Notes under the pieces: generated by a model
Database searches by the model: none
What the model was told of the DNA's origin: nothing
Seen by the model: the letters and a program-made list of their open reading frames with translations, nothing else
Shown: piece by piece, positions 38,646 to 50,621 of the stretch
Layout: each line of letters starts with the position of its first letter
Position numbering within the stretch: position 1 is the stretch's first letter
Made by a program: the position numbers and the translations under genes
Assembly: GCF_026571515.1 (NCBI RefSeq)
Contig: NW_026856417.1
Span: 1-64,000, forward strand
From: Ruditapes philippinarum
Lineage: Eukaryota
Direction: 5' to 3'
Length of the DNA: 64,000 bases

Positions 38646-39180
38646 CTAGGAAAAATCATATATAGAGTGTAATCTAAGTTTTAATTATCTCGTGCGCATA
38701 TCTTAATCATCTCGTTCCAACAACTCAGGTACTCGACATATATTCTCTTGAGAACCATTTAATTTTCTCGTTCCCACGACTTAGTAACTTGTTGCCACGA
38801 CATAGTATCTCGTGCGTACAATTTAGTATCTCGTTCCAACGACTTTGTTACTCGTGGGCAAGACAAAGTATCCCGTGAAAAGAAACTTGAATATCTTGTG
38901 CGTACGACTAAGTAACTCGTGCCCACGACTCAGTAGCTAGTGCCCATGACACATAATCCCGTGTGCAACAATTAATTATTTCGTTCTTACGACTAAGTAA
39001 CTCAAGGTCATGGCATAGTTTCTCGTGCGCACGACTTAATTATCTCGTTCCCACGACTTAGTAGCTCGTGGCCACGACAAAGTATCTCGTTCGCACCACC
39101 TAATAATCTCGTGCTCACGAATTAATAACTTGCTGCAACAACATAGTATCACGTGCGCACAAGATAAATAAAAACGCACA
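37362..39180. repeat. Two inverted arrays of ~21-bp repeats (37362-37850 forward; 38685-39180 reverse), foldback-like
   Basis: GTGTGTTTTTATCTATCTCGCGGCCACGGGATACT matches the reverse complement of AGTATCACGTGCGCACAAGATAAATAAAAACGCAC. The unit is CACGAGATA(ATTAAG/CTATG)TCGTG. Confidence 0.8.
38149..38429 (+). mobile_element. Full-length tRNA-derived SINE with 12-bp target-site duplication
   Basis: A box TGGCCGAGTGG, B box GGTTCGAATCC, A-rich tail. TSD AATAACTTGAGA at 38137-38148 and 38430-38441. Confidence 0.93.
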
Positions 39181-40419
39181 AATGTCAACTCTGTGCCACC
39201 CTATTATGCACAAGCCTAAAAAGTCACAAATATCATGCATCGGAGGAGTACTTTGCAAAAAAAACTCATAATTTTAGCAACTTAACCAATTACTTCATGA
39301 GCGTTTGTTGAAAATGACATTTTTCATTGAGAAGCCTCCTGTTACAATTTCAAATTGCTATAAAACTATACAAAAATGCTTTATTGCTGATTAAACTTAG
39401 CACAAATGTTAACTGGACCATAGTCATTATAACGACATGCTTAATCCTATATTTCTTGTTATCATGGCAACGAGGGACTATCTTAAACTTGCAAAAAATC
39501 ATTTTGCATAGATTTATTTTCTTTTTAAACTGATTTTAAAGTGCTGCAACTTCTCAAAGGATTGGGATAGAGTCAAAGTTCTTCAGTGTTTGTTACAACT
39601 TATCTTAAGATCGACGTGAGGCTACTTTAGCCTCTCACAAGTCCAAAATATAATTCTTGGTGTTGAAAGGGGCGAATGCCCTCTTCAGACCCTAAACAGA
39701 AGAGGGCACACACATTCTCTCTGGTTCCCCTGACGTATCTTTTCGATAGAGGGGCGGCGCCGAAAAAAGTGATCACTTTTTTAACAACATTTCTCAAACG
39801 AAAACAAGTGTTTCGGACCTAAAAATTACATGTTTTACTATCTGAGGCCTCAAAGGTGGTCGAAAGTGCGTTGATTTGCGTATATATGAGGTAAAGTTTT
39901 AAATTAAAAGGTATACTCGCCTTTAAATTGCATACTTCTTCTTTCATAAAAAGCTATTAATGACATATTTTAGAAACTGCAGATACATATAAACATAAAT
40001 CATTTTTTAAAAAGTTTGTAAGGATAACAAATGCTTTCATATTACAATTTCAAACATGATATGTCATGGTACCTAGGGTATGGTCTAATCAGAACAATGA
40101 AATTTCATTCACTGTCCCTAATGCATCTTTGTTCGTTCTATGTTTTATTCATATAAACATTATTACTTGACTAACGTGGCTAATAATGGAAACATTAAAT
40201 ATTGAAAGGTCACATGTTATTTAAAATATAAACTATTGAAACGATTCAGTTTCAAGACAGGCTTATTGAATGTACTCAACAGTGTCGTTATTTTTAAGCC
40301 AATTATTGTTCATTTTTCGGTCGGTTCAATACACGCTTTTTGGCATCAGCAAACAATATTTTGGTTTAGTACAGCAAGCTACAAGTACATTAACTTACGT
40401 AAGAAACCGTGCCGCTGAA

Positions 40420-43400
40420 ATGGGATTCTACAAAACGATCAAAACTTTTTCTGTATTATGTGTTTCGTTTGTTACTATTACATTAACCTTTTTCGATAGT
40501 GAAGGACTAAAAGTTAAGTTCAAAATTTCGAGTATGAAATTTTGTTTAAAATCTGACGATATTTTGACGACGTTGATACAAGTATCGCTATCGCAGTGTG
40601 TGGATGAATGTGCAACAAGAACAGATTGTAAGGCTGTTAACTATTTCAACCGACTTCACACATGTGAACTTATCCCGGACGATGATGAGGAGCTATTTGA
40701 AAATGCCAGGAAAAATCATGCATGTGTTTTCGTTAAAAAGACTGACATGGATGTAATCGAAGTATGACCTTTTAAAAAATCGCTCGCTCTTATGGAATGT
40801 TGTGGTGCTTTCAAATAAATAAATGATAGATTTTTCTTTTTACACTTGAATCTATTGAATCAAATGCATAATTATCAAAATGACAGATAACAGATTTATT
40901 TACATAAATTAATTTGTTAATTTCAATATATTTTTCATTTTTAACAAATATCTCATATAGCTGATTTGGTTTTTATGTTTGAATAAACTAATTAATGATA
41001 ACTGATTTAAAAAATATATAAAATATTAAAATAGTATGCTTAAATAATACTTAAACATACATTTACGTCTGTTGTGACCGTTTACTTAAAAAACAGCAGC
41101 AAAACTGACGGCACAACAAAAAAGACAATAAAATAATATTCTGACAAAGATGATGGATAATGGTATAATTATACATCTAGGTATATAAGCCAGTGCTTGG
41201 GGCGTATGGGGTGTATCACATTTTCATTATCCCATACATACAGACTCAATCAAATATTGTCTGCAATTTTCATGTAATGTGTAATTTTGTTGTGATTAAT
41301 GCTTCTAAGGGATCACTTTTTCGCAAGATTTTTATTCCGAAACGCTTAAGTCAAAGTTTTAATGTAAATGTCTGCCCACCAATTTGTTCAGCACGTCCAT
41401 ACGCCATTCATTTCAGATAATTCATGTAATTATGTGTGTTAAATAGTGGTAAAGGTTTATCAAGATTTATTGTTGAGTGATAATTTCTTACTTCTAGATA
41501 AATGACAAGTGTACCTGTGACACTGCAGAGACTTGTAATGTTGAGCCCGATGCTTCATGTACAATTAAAGGTAAATTTTGATTTCTTAACTTAGGATGGA
41601 TGTGGTTCCAAACCAACGGTATGTGTACATTTTATTAAACAACACCAACACAATACAGGTAATGTTACCATTCGTTACTGCTCAAACGTTTTATAGTACT
41701 TTCATGAAACTATTGTATCGAAAAAGACTTCTTCTTTCTAGTATAATTTAGATAAATGGAATGTGCAGATACATAAACAGATTGTTATTTGTTTCCAACT
41801 CAAGGGATGGATTTTTATAATATTTTTTACGATTATTGTTAGAGTGTTTTTTGTGCAATTGTGTAGGAAAACCTATACACATATAGCTAGCCAGTGCTGC
41901 GTTTCTTTCCCATGGGATTGCCCCCGACGGGATTTAAGCTCCCGCGTTCAGCAATCTTTGGATTACTAGTTAGACAAGCTTGGATACTGATATTTATGCT
42001 TGCGTTTGATCGCATAGGTAGACTGTAAAATATGATAATCTTTCAATGAAAGTATAGTTATTTAACCGTTTCTTATTTGTTTTGTATAATGTCAAATATC
42101 TAGTTGGGATTCTGAAAAAAAATTTTTTTTAAATGTTGTCTCGCAATTTAACTACCATTACTTCATAAGAGTATTGATATAGTTCAATTAAGCTACCACC
42201 TAGTGGTATGTGTTTGTTAGGTGTGTCTATGGCTGCAATCATTATGCCTCAAACTTGACGGCAACCCCTCAGCCACAAGGGAATAGTGGTATGTGTTTGT
42301 TAGGTGTGTCTATGGCTGCAATTCTTATGCCTCAAACTTGACGGCAACCCCTAAGCCACAAGGGAATAGTGGTATGTGTTTGTTATGTGTGTCTATGGCT
42401 GCAATTATTATGCCTCAAACTTGGCGGCAACCCTTCAGTCACAAAGGGAATAGTGGTATGTGTTAGATTTTATGATAAATTATTTATCTTTTCAATGAGG
42501 GAATAATTTATTTCTTCATCAAACTATGTATATTATATATAATAACATTATAATATTCACATTAATAATATTTGTCATATGTTGCGGTTTGGATCGGAAT
42601 ATCCGTCCCGAGGGATTGCCTTGTTACCATCTATGGGCGGGTTCACCAGGGATGGATATTTTGATCCGAACCGCAAACATATATCAGATATTTCTTTTTG
42701 AATATTCTACCATATTCTATTATATTTTAAATTCTTTACTGTAACATGTTATTACATCCGTAACTATTCTCTTACAACAGCATATAAAATTACAGATTCA
42801 TTCATAACGGTATATTTACGTCTTCCTAAGCAAGCCATTGTGTATCACGCGACTCATCCCTCCATATCTCATGGGTAGAACTAACGGAAACGCCAGTCTG
42901 ATATGCAAGAATGCACGCACCGTGTTTTGTAGCACGTCATTACCAATAGATAAGTCAGAAAGTAATTTATTATTAATAATAAATTCATTTCAATAACGCG
43001 TTTCCATATTCGCATAAACATTGTTGTTCAATTATTGTTCATGTAAAGCGAGAAAATGAACATACAGAAAACGCTAAATATTTTATGCAGTCAATGTCCA
43101 TTTGATATCTCATTTATTATAAATTGTTTATAATTCAAACAATATGTTCAAACAAAATATTAACGTCGGAATAAACTCGGAAACAACACATCTCGAAAGC
43201 AGTTTTCATGTTTTGAATCAACGAACACAAGCAAATGAATAATGCATGTTAATATCAAAATTTTATTGATTTAGTTGGGAAGGAAATATGGAAACGCATT
43301 GTTTAAGTAAGTATAATTCAAAATAAATTCAAATTATTTAATAAATTTAATGGAAAATTTTTCTTTTATCTGTATATCTGAATTTCTAGTAAAGTTACAG

Positions 43401-45560
43401 TTTCAGAAACCTTTTAAGAGATGAAAAAGGATGGGATAAGTAAACGTTTAACTTAATATGATCTTTGTCAAATATGAATCAAGCGCTTAACAGTTTGCAA
43501 ACATAGAAAATGTCCTTTTTTGCCATCATTTTCATTTTTCTATATTCAAATTAGAACCTTAGTTTTTGTTCATAAACATAATTTGACAATGTTGTTTGCT
43601 AAAGGCAAAACAGGGAAAGTAGGCATGAATATAATTATCATTTTTAAAATCATCTAGACCAAATATAACATTCAGGCGAAATAATCTTAAATAAAGTTTA
43701 AATAATGCTAAAATGAACAAAATAAAAAAAGAAAAAGAAATGACTTACAGTTTCATTGATTTTTGAGAGTGCTCATGGTAAAAACTGCTCTAGTTTATGG
43801 AAGCTTGATGTTTTTAGATATGACAATCATGAAAATGCTTGTCCTTCTATTTATATATTTCAAGGAAAAGAATCTTAAGATTCTACAAGCAGAGGATACA
43901 ACACATGTCCATGAACATGTACCCATGTATATTAGTATACACATGTATAAGAAAGAAAACAATTTACGATGAGAGTATATTTGTATATTTTCGCCAGAGT
44001 CCAAATAATTATATGAAATGATTTATAATAGAAATTGAACAAAAATATACATACATTTTTCCCAAATAATAAATGAACATAATAAAATAAACAAATTTAA
44101 TCATCTTGATAACTATTATCACATTATTAATTTTACAATTTAGGTCAAACCTATACATGTATATCATTTAAGTGATTATTTTCTAAATGGACTCAAATTT
44201 TTCTTTCAACAGAGTGTAAGAGTTTTACCCTACGAAACGGCAGAGTAAATGGAAATATGCGGTGCATAGGAGCTTCTGTAACATTCGAATGCAGCCAAAT
44301 GTACATTCCAACTTTTCAGGCTCTAGGAGCGACTTGTCTTGCGAACGGAACATGGTCTCACAAACTCGATTGTGAAGCAGGTTTTTATGTTTGTGTATAT
44401 ATATGTTTAAATGATTGATTATAATAAAATCGATACAAGTACGATAAAATCTCCGAGTGTAGCTTATATTTTTTAAAACATTTATAAGCGGTTCCGGGTC
44501 AGCATCGTCATTCATACACAAGCATAAACTCATCCCACTTCAAAAATATACTCATCTGCTATATGCATGAACTATCTTTTGCATCTTATCCCTGTTTGCA
44601 ATTGGTATAATCTTAGTTAATAAGTATTTAGCATGGACATCTAAGTACTACTTTGTTACCTTTATGCCATAAAACTGCATGTTCAGTACTTCTTTTTATT
44701 TTGAAAAACATCTTATTATTTAAACATTATTTAACCCATGTTTGATATTTCTAAAGAATTAAAAGAAATATGCATTTCTGAGGCATAATATATAATACTA
44801 CATATAGTACAATTAAATCATTTTTCGTATATCATAGTAAATAGCATAACATATTTACACGTTTACAATTAATTTTCATTTGCAATCTTCAGATGCTGAT
44901 GATAATAGCATTTGCGACGGTTGTATACTCCCGAGAGATTGTCAAGACATAAAAACTATAAACGAGACAGCGGAAACAGGGGTGTTTGAGATTTATCCAA
45001 CAGGAAGCGATGGTTTAATCGTTCGCTGTGACATGGACACGCTACCTGGCGGCTGGACAGTGTTTCAACGAAGAGAATCAAATAGCGATTTCCAAAAGGA
45101 CTGGAAAACATATAAGGAAGGGTTTGGACAATTGAATGACAATTTCTGGTTAGGGAATGATAAAATATGGAAACTTACACACAGTGGTCAGTACAAACTA
45201 CGAGTTGATCTCATAGATCAAAATGGCTCAGAGGGATATGCGGAATACAGTTCATTTTCAATCGGAAATGAGTCGACAAAATATGTCTTGAATATCGCGG
45301 GGCATAGTGGAACTGCTACAGACAGTTTAGTTGGGAGGCATAACGGAATGATGTTCAGTACTATCGACCAAGACAACGACATCTATCCCCGTAATTGTGC
45401 GGGTCGTTTTAAAGGGGGTTGGTGGTATTGCAACTGCCAGTCTTCGAACTTAAACGGACCATATGGAGACGTCGTGAATAATCGTGGAATGACGTGGAAA
45501 GATTGGAGACAACCAAATGTCTTCATGAAATTTACTGAAATGAAAATTCGTCGGAAGTAG
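40420..45560 (+). CDS. FReD paralogue D: signal peptide-PAN-4Cys-CCP-fibrinogen C domain protein (416 aa)
   Basis: Exons 40420-40761, 41498-41570, 44213-44380 and 44893-45560 (1251 nt, GT-AG). Introns and flanks align with paralogue C. Confidence 0.95.
42200..42462. repeat. ~83-bp tandem triplication in intron 2 of paralogue D
   Basis: TAGTGGTATGTGTTTGTTAGGTGTGTCTATGGCTGCAAT..TTATGCCTCAAACTTGACGGCAACCCC occurs three times. A single related copy lies in C near 33015-33080. Confidence 0.9.
42575..42690. mobile_element. Hairpin (probable transposon terminus) in intron 2 of D
   Basis: ATATGTTGCGGTTTGGATC..AATATCC.TCCC ... GGGATGGATATT..GATCCGAACCGCAAACATAT. Confidence 0.7.
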
Positions 45561-45570
45561 GATGGACATT

Positions 45571-48176
45571 TTTAGCTCGACTTTTTTTTTTGAAAAAAAA
45601 ATAGAGGTATTGCTACAGTCAGGTCGGCGTTGCCGTTGCCGTTGCCGTTGCCGTCCGAAAACTTGTACCTGGATCATAACTTTTTTATTTTCTTTGTGTA
45701 TTGTCTTCATACTTGGCCACAACAACCCTTGGGACAAGACCTTTCAGTAGACCACACTAACCTTGACCTTCATCCATAAATGACCTTGACCTTCAAGGTT
45801 AAAAGTCCAATTTTTGCTTGTTCATGCTGTTATTGGCTGTAACTTTGTTATTTTTGAATGGATTGTCTTCAAACTTGAACATAATAATCTTTAAGGATAT
45901 CCCTTAAAAATAACCAGCCAGACCTTGACCTTCACTCATAAATGACCTTGACTTTGAAGGTCAAATTATTGAAATTTTCATTTTTTTGGCTTTTATTGGC
46001 TGTAAGTTTGTTATTTTTGAATGGATTGTCCTGAAACTTGAACATAATAATCTTCAAAGATTACTGTTAAAGATATACCGGAAGACCTTGACCTTCACAC
46101 ATTAATGACATTGTCTTTGAAGGTCAAATTATTGAAATTTTCATTGTTTTGGCGGTCACTGACTGTAACTTTGCTATTATTGAAAGGATCAACTTCATAT
46201 TATTAGAGAACATTCTTAAGGACCAGACCTTGTTTTTTATCAAACCCAACTTTGCTTGGGCTCTTAAATGACCTTGACCTTGAAGGTTAAATTACTGAAT
46301 TTTCTCAGATTTGTGCAGTAAATGACCATATTTAAATATTTATTGGTGTGTGTGTGTCTATATATATATATTTACAACAACAACAACAATAACTAAAATT
46401 GTGTCATTGTTTCTATTTATAGAATTGCGTCATTGTTTCTATTTATAGAATTGCGTCATTGTTTCTATTTAGAGAAATTGGGTCATTGTTTTTTTGGGGT
46501 TTTTTTATAGAAATGCGTCATTGTTTCTATTTTTAGAGATTGCAACATTTTTTCTATTTTTAGAAATTGCATCATAATTTCTATTTTTAGAAATTGCATC
46601 ATTTTTTTTCTATTTTTAGATATTGCGTCATAATTTCTATTTTTAGTATTTTTAGAGATTGCATCATTTTTTCTATTTTTAGAAATTGTGTCATAATTTC
46701 TATTTTTAGAAATTGCGTCATAATTTCTATTTTTAGAAATTGCGTCATTGGTGCTATTTTTAGATATTGCGTCATTTTTTCTATTTTTTAGAAATTGCGT
46801 CATAATTTCTATTTTTAGTATTTTTAGAGATTGCATCATTTTTTCTATTTTTTAGAAATTGCGTCATAATTTCTATTTTTAGAAATTGCATCATTGGTGC
46901 TATTTCAGAAACTGTGTCATAATTTCTATTTTTATAAATTGCGTCGTAAATTTCTATTTTTAGAAATTGCGTCATTGGTGCTATTTTTAGATATTGCGTC
47001 ATTTTTTCTATTTTTAGAAATTGCGTCATAATTTCTATTTTTAGTATTTTTAGAGATTGCATCATTTTTGCTATTTTTAGAAATTGCGTCATAATTTCTG
47101 TTTTTAGAAATTGCATCATTGGTGCTATTTTTAGAATTTGCGTCATTGTTGCTATTTTTAGAAAATGCGTCATTGTTTCTAATTTTAGAGATTGTGTCAT
47201 TTTTTCTATTTTTAGAAATTGTGTCATAATTTCTATTTATAGAAATTGCGTCATTGTTTCTATTTTTAGAAATTGCGTCATTTTTTTTCTTTTTAGAAAT
47301 TGCGTCATTTTTTTCTATTTTTAGAAATTGCGTCATAATTTCTATTTTTAGAAATTGCGTCATTGGTGCTATTTTTAGAAATTGCGTCATTTTTTCTATT
47401 TTTAGAAATTGCGTCATAATTTCTATTTTTAGAAATTGCGTCATTTTTTCTATTTTTAGAAAATTGCGTCATTTTTTCTATTTTTAGAAATTGCGTCATA
47501 ATTTCTATTTTTAGAAATTGCGTCATTTTTTCTATTTTTAGAAATTGCGTCATTGTTGCTATTTTTAGAAATTGCGTCATTTTTTAGAAATTGCGTCATA
47601 ATTTCTATTTTTAGAAATTGCGTCATAATTTCTATTTTAGAAATTGCGTCATTGGTGCTATTTTTAGAAATTGCGTCATTTTTTCTACTTTTAGAAATTG
47701 CGTCATAATTTCTATTTTTAGATATTGCGTCATAATTTCTATTTTAGTATATCTAGAAATTGCGTCATTTTTTTCTTTTTTTAGAAATTGCTTCATTTTT
47801 TCTATTTTTAGAAATTGCGTCAATTTTTCTATTTTTAGAAATTGCATCATTGTTGCTATTTTTAGAAATTGCATCACTTTTTTATTTTTAGAAATTATGT
47901 CATTTTTTGTATTTTTAGAAATTGCGTCATTTTTTCTATATTGAGAAATTGCGTCATGTTGCTATTTTAAGAAATTGCGTACTGTTGCTATTTTTAGAAA
48001 TATGCTTAATGTTTCTATTCATATATATACAAAATATATAAAGAAAACTAATGTGACAAGACAGACAAATTAAATTTATAAAAAGGAAACGTTAATATAT
48101 GTTCAAACCTTTCTATGTTTGCGTTTAGAAAAAGTAAAAAGTCGAGCGTTGCCCCCGCCCGGCGGTGGCTCTTGTT
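45571..48176 (+). mobile_element. Helentron/HINE element inserted ~10 bp after the stop codon of paralogue D
   Basis: Starts TTTAGCTCGACTTTTT and ends AAAAGTCGAGCG...CCGCCCGGCGGTGGCTCTTGTT (subterminal inverted repeat plus 3' hairpin). Contains a (GCCGTT)n microsatellite and TGACCTTGACCT core repeats. The empty site is visible in paralogue C (GGACATTTTTAACTGTCAAGCATTGTGTG). Confidence 0.88.
46395..48015. repeat. ~27-29-bp minisatellite (TTTTTAGAAATTGCGTCATAATTTCTA) expanded inside the HINE
   Basis: More than 50 tandem units with a variable central hexamer. Confidence 0.97.
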
Positions 48177-48704
48177 AATGTCACGCACTGTGTGTTTGAA
48201 TTTGAAAATCTCGTTTCTTAAAATTTCTATTTTATGACAGTATTCTTTTAAAACAAACTTCAATAATTGTATCGAAAAGGTGCAGCATGTGGAGGCCTGG
48301 TACAAAGACAGCATAGTAATATTAAAAGGCCTCAAAAATTTTACCTGATTCAATTCGCCCGGGAAGCAAATGATAGTACTTCAACAAACAGTTGTTTCTG
48401 TTCTTACATACGTACTAAACAAAATTAACAAACTAGATAGGAAGACAAATCGCGCATAATTAAAAGGCAACGCACTGAAAAATATTTTATATTTCTACTC
48501 TAACATGTTCAAAAAGAAAGAAAATATAGTAATACAAATAGTAAAGATCTTATTCAATTGTGTAGATACTGCTGATGTAGCATGTTATCTATGTTATCGT
48601 TCTTTTATGGAATGTACTAGTAGTTATTGTAAAATAAATTGTCAAACTTTTAAAAGCATTAAATTTTAAATATTTCACTTAAGGTGTATCCTTTCTGCTA
48701 TTCA

Positions 48705-49436
48705 TTTTTATGCCCCATATAGTAATTGAACCGTCCATATATCCATCTCCCCGTCCGTATTAGTTTAACCTAAAACAGCATATATTGATTTTCTTAAGTT
48801 CTACCTGTACCAAGCATTTCATAATTTACACACTTACTAACAATTCAAATTTCATGATCTGGGCAAGTTACATAACTATGGCTTCCATTTTTCCAAGTTA
48901 TTGCCCTTTTCAACTTTTAGAAAATGATTATGGATATCCTTATCCGGCAAGTTGGTTATATCTTAAGTTCTGTTTATACTGATGGCTTCATTATTTCCAC
49001 ACTTACAAACCAATACAAAGTGCATGATATTGCCAAGTTATAAAACTGTGCCATCCACAATCCCAGTGATTTCCCTTTTTATCACTTTGGAATTGGGCAT
49101 TGTGTAATTAACCTATTCCGGCAAGTTGGATTTATCTTGAATTTCTTCTAACTACTTCATTAAATCAATGACATATTTGGTAGATGGATACCCTCAATGG
49201 TCCTCTAACATTTTGTGGAGAAGGGGTCACTGCGCTCATTGTCATTGGTGTAAAAAATAAATTTCAACATTTCTGCTCATATCGCTCTAATTTTAAATTG
49301 ATGTCTTTCATATTTAATACGGACGTGCCTAAGAAGGTCGTCTTACTTTGGGTTCAGTAAATGGCCATTTGGGTCAAAGGTCGATAGGTAGGTAGGTAGG
49401 TAGGTAGGTCGGTCGGTCGGTCGTCGGCAGGTAGAT
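48705..49436. mobile_element. Degenerate HINE-like sequence ending in a (GTAG/GTCG)n microsatellite at the gap
   Basis: TTTTTATGCCCC start, CCGTCC motifs, repeated GGCAAGTT blocks, and GGGTCAAAGGTC followed by the tetranucleotide repeat. Confidence 0.5.
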
Positions 49437-49595
49437 NNNNNNNNNNNNNNNNNNNNNNNNNNNNNNNNNNNNNNNNNNNNNNNNNNNNNNNNNNNNNNNN
49501 NNNNNNNNNNNNNNNNNNNNNNNNNNNNNNNNNNNNNNNNNNNNNNNNNNNNNNNNNNNNNNNNNNNNNNNNNNNNNNNNNNNNNNNNNNNNNNN
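49437..49595. other. Assembly gap (159 N)
   Basis: Run of N. Confidence 1.
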
Positions 49596-50228
49596 TAAAA
49601 TGTAAGCGTTTAGTAATATGGGTATTTTTTCAGTATTAAGCAGTATTTTGGTCAAAACTCTTATTTTATTTTTTAAGATATTTAATTTACGATTTATTTA
49701 TTAATTGCTAATTAAAAGAATAGTCTACTTCGAATGCATTTTGTAACTCTTTCTTTTAAAATGATTGTATTTTGTTTGTTTTGTTTTTTCATTCTATGTT
49801 TGTCATACATGTCGTAAAAACCTTCTTTATATATAATGTTAATTTCTAAAATGCAGTACGCATAACGCAATATGTTCCGTAAACTGCTAGCTCTACTGTA
49901 AACAATCAATGGCCTCTTTTATGTGCCTTATTTTTTATTAATAAATGCTTTAAATTAGTTTAGCTGAGCAATATAGTCTTCTTGTTTCAAATACGCTTGA
50001 ATGGCATAGTATAATAGTTATGCGTATGTATGTATTGCTAAATATTGCATTAACCACGTGTTATTAGCGTATGTCATATCACGAGCGGGAACTCTAAAAC
50101 AAAACTATATAATACGATTTTGTAAGTAAATCCAATGTCCACCTAAGTGTGATGTTTGAAAATAGTTTGTAACGAAAATGTTGACTAAAATCAGATGCCC
50201 CTGTAAAGTCGGAAATTTGAAATGTGTA

Positions 50229-50621
50229 CGGAAGCGTCCTGGTGCCAATTTAACATGTTCTAGAAAAAAAGATAACTCCTTAGTAGGACTTTGCAACTCC
50301 TACGTAGGACTTTATAACTCTTACGTAGGAGATATAAAAAAAGCCTTATTAGGAGTTTATAACTTCTACGTAGGACTTTATAAGGTTAAAAAAGCCTAAT
50401 TAGGTTATAATTAGGATATAATTAGGTTTTTATATCTCCTACGTAGGAGTTATAAAGTCCTACGTATGACTAATACAGTCCTACGTAGGACTTACAAACT
50501 CCTACGTAGGAGTTATAAACTCCTAATTAGGCTTTTTTATCTCCTACGTAGGAGTAATAAAGTCCTACGTAGGAGTTGCATTTTTTATAGAACATGTAAA
50601 ATTGGCACCAGGACGCTTCCG
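50229..50621. mobile_element. Palindromic foldback MITE with TA target-site duplication
   Basis: TA|CGGAAGCGTCCTGGTGCCAATTT(A/T)ACATGTTCTA ... TAGAACATGTAAAATTGGCACCAGGACGCTTCCG|TA. Internal 21-bp CCTACGTAGG repeats are mirrored about ~50415. Confidence 0.93.

Noticed and set aside
46395-48015. CRISPR-like array or repeat-protein ORFs
   Set aside because: The units are head-to-tail with no unique spacers, there are no cas genes, the context is eukaryotic, and the array lies inside a HINE.
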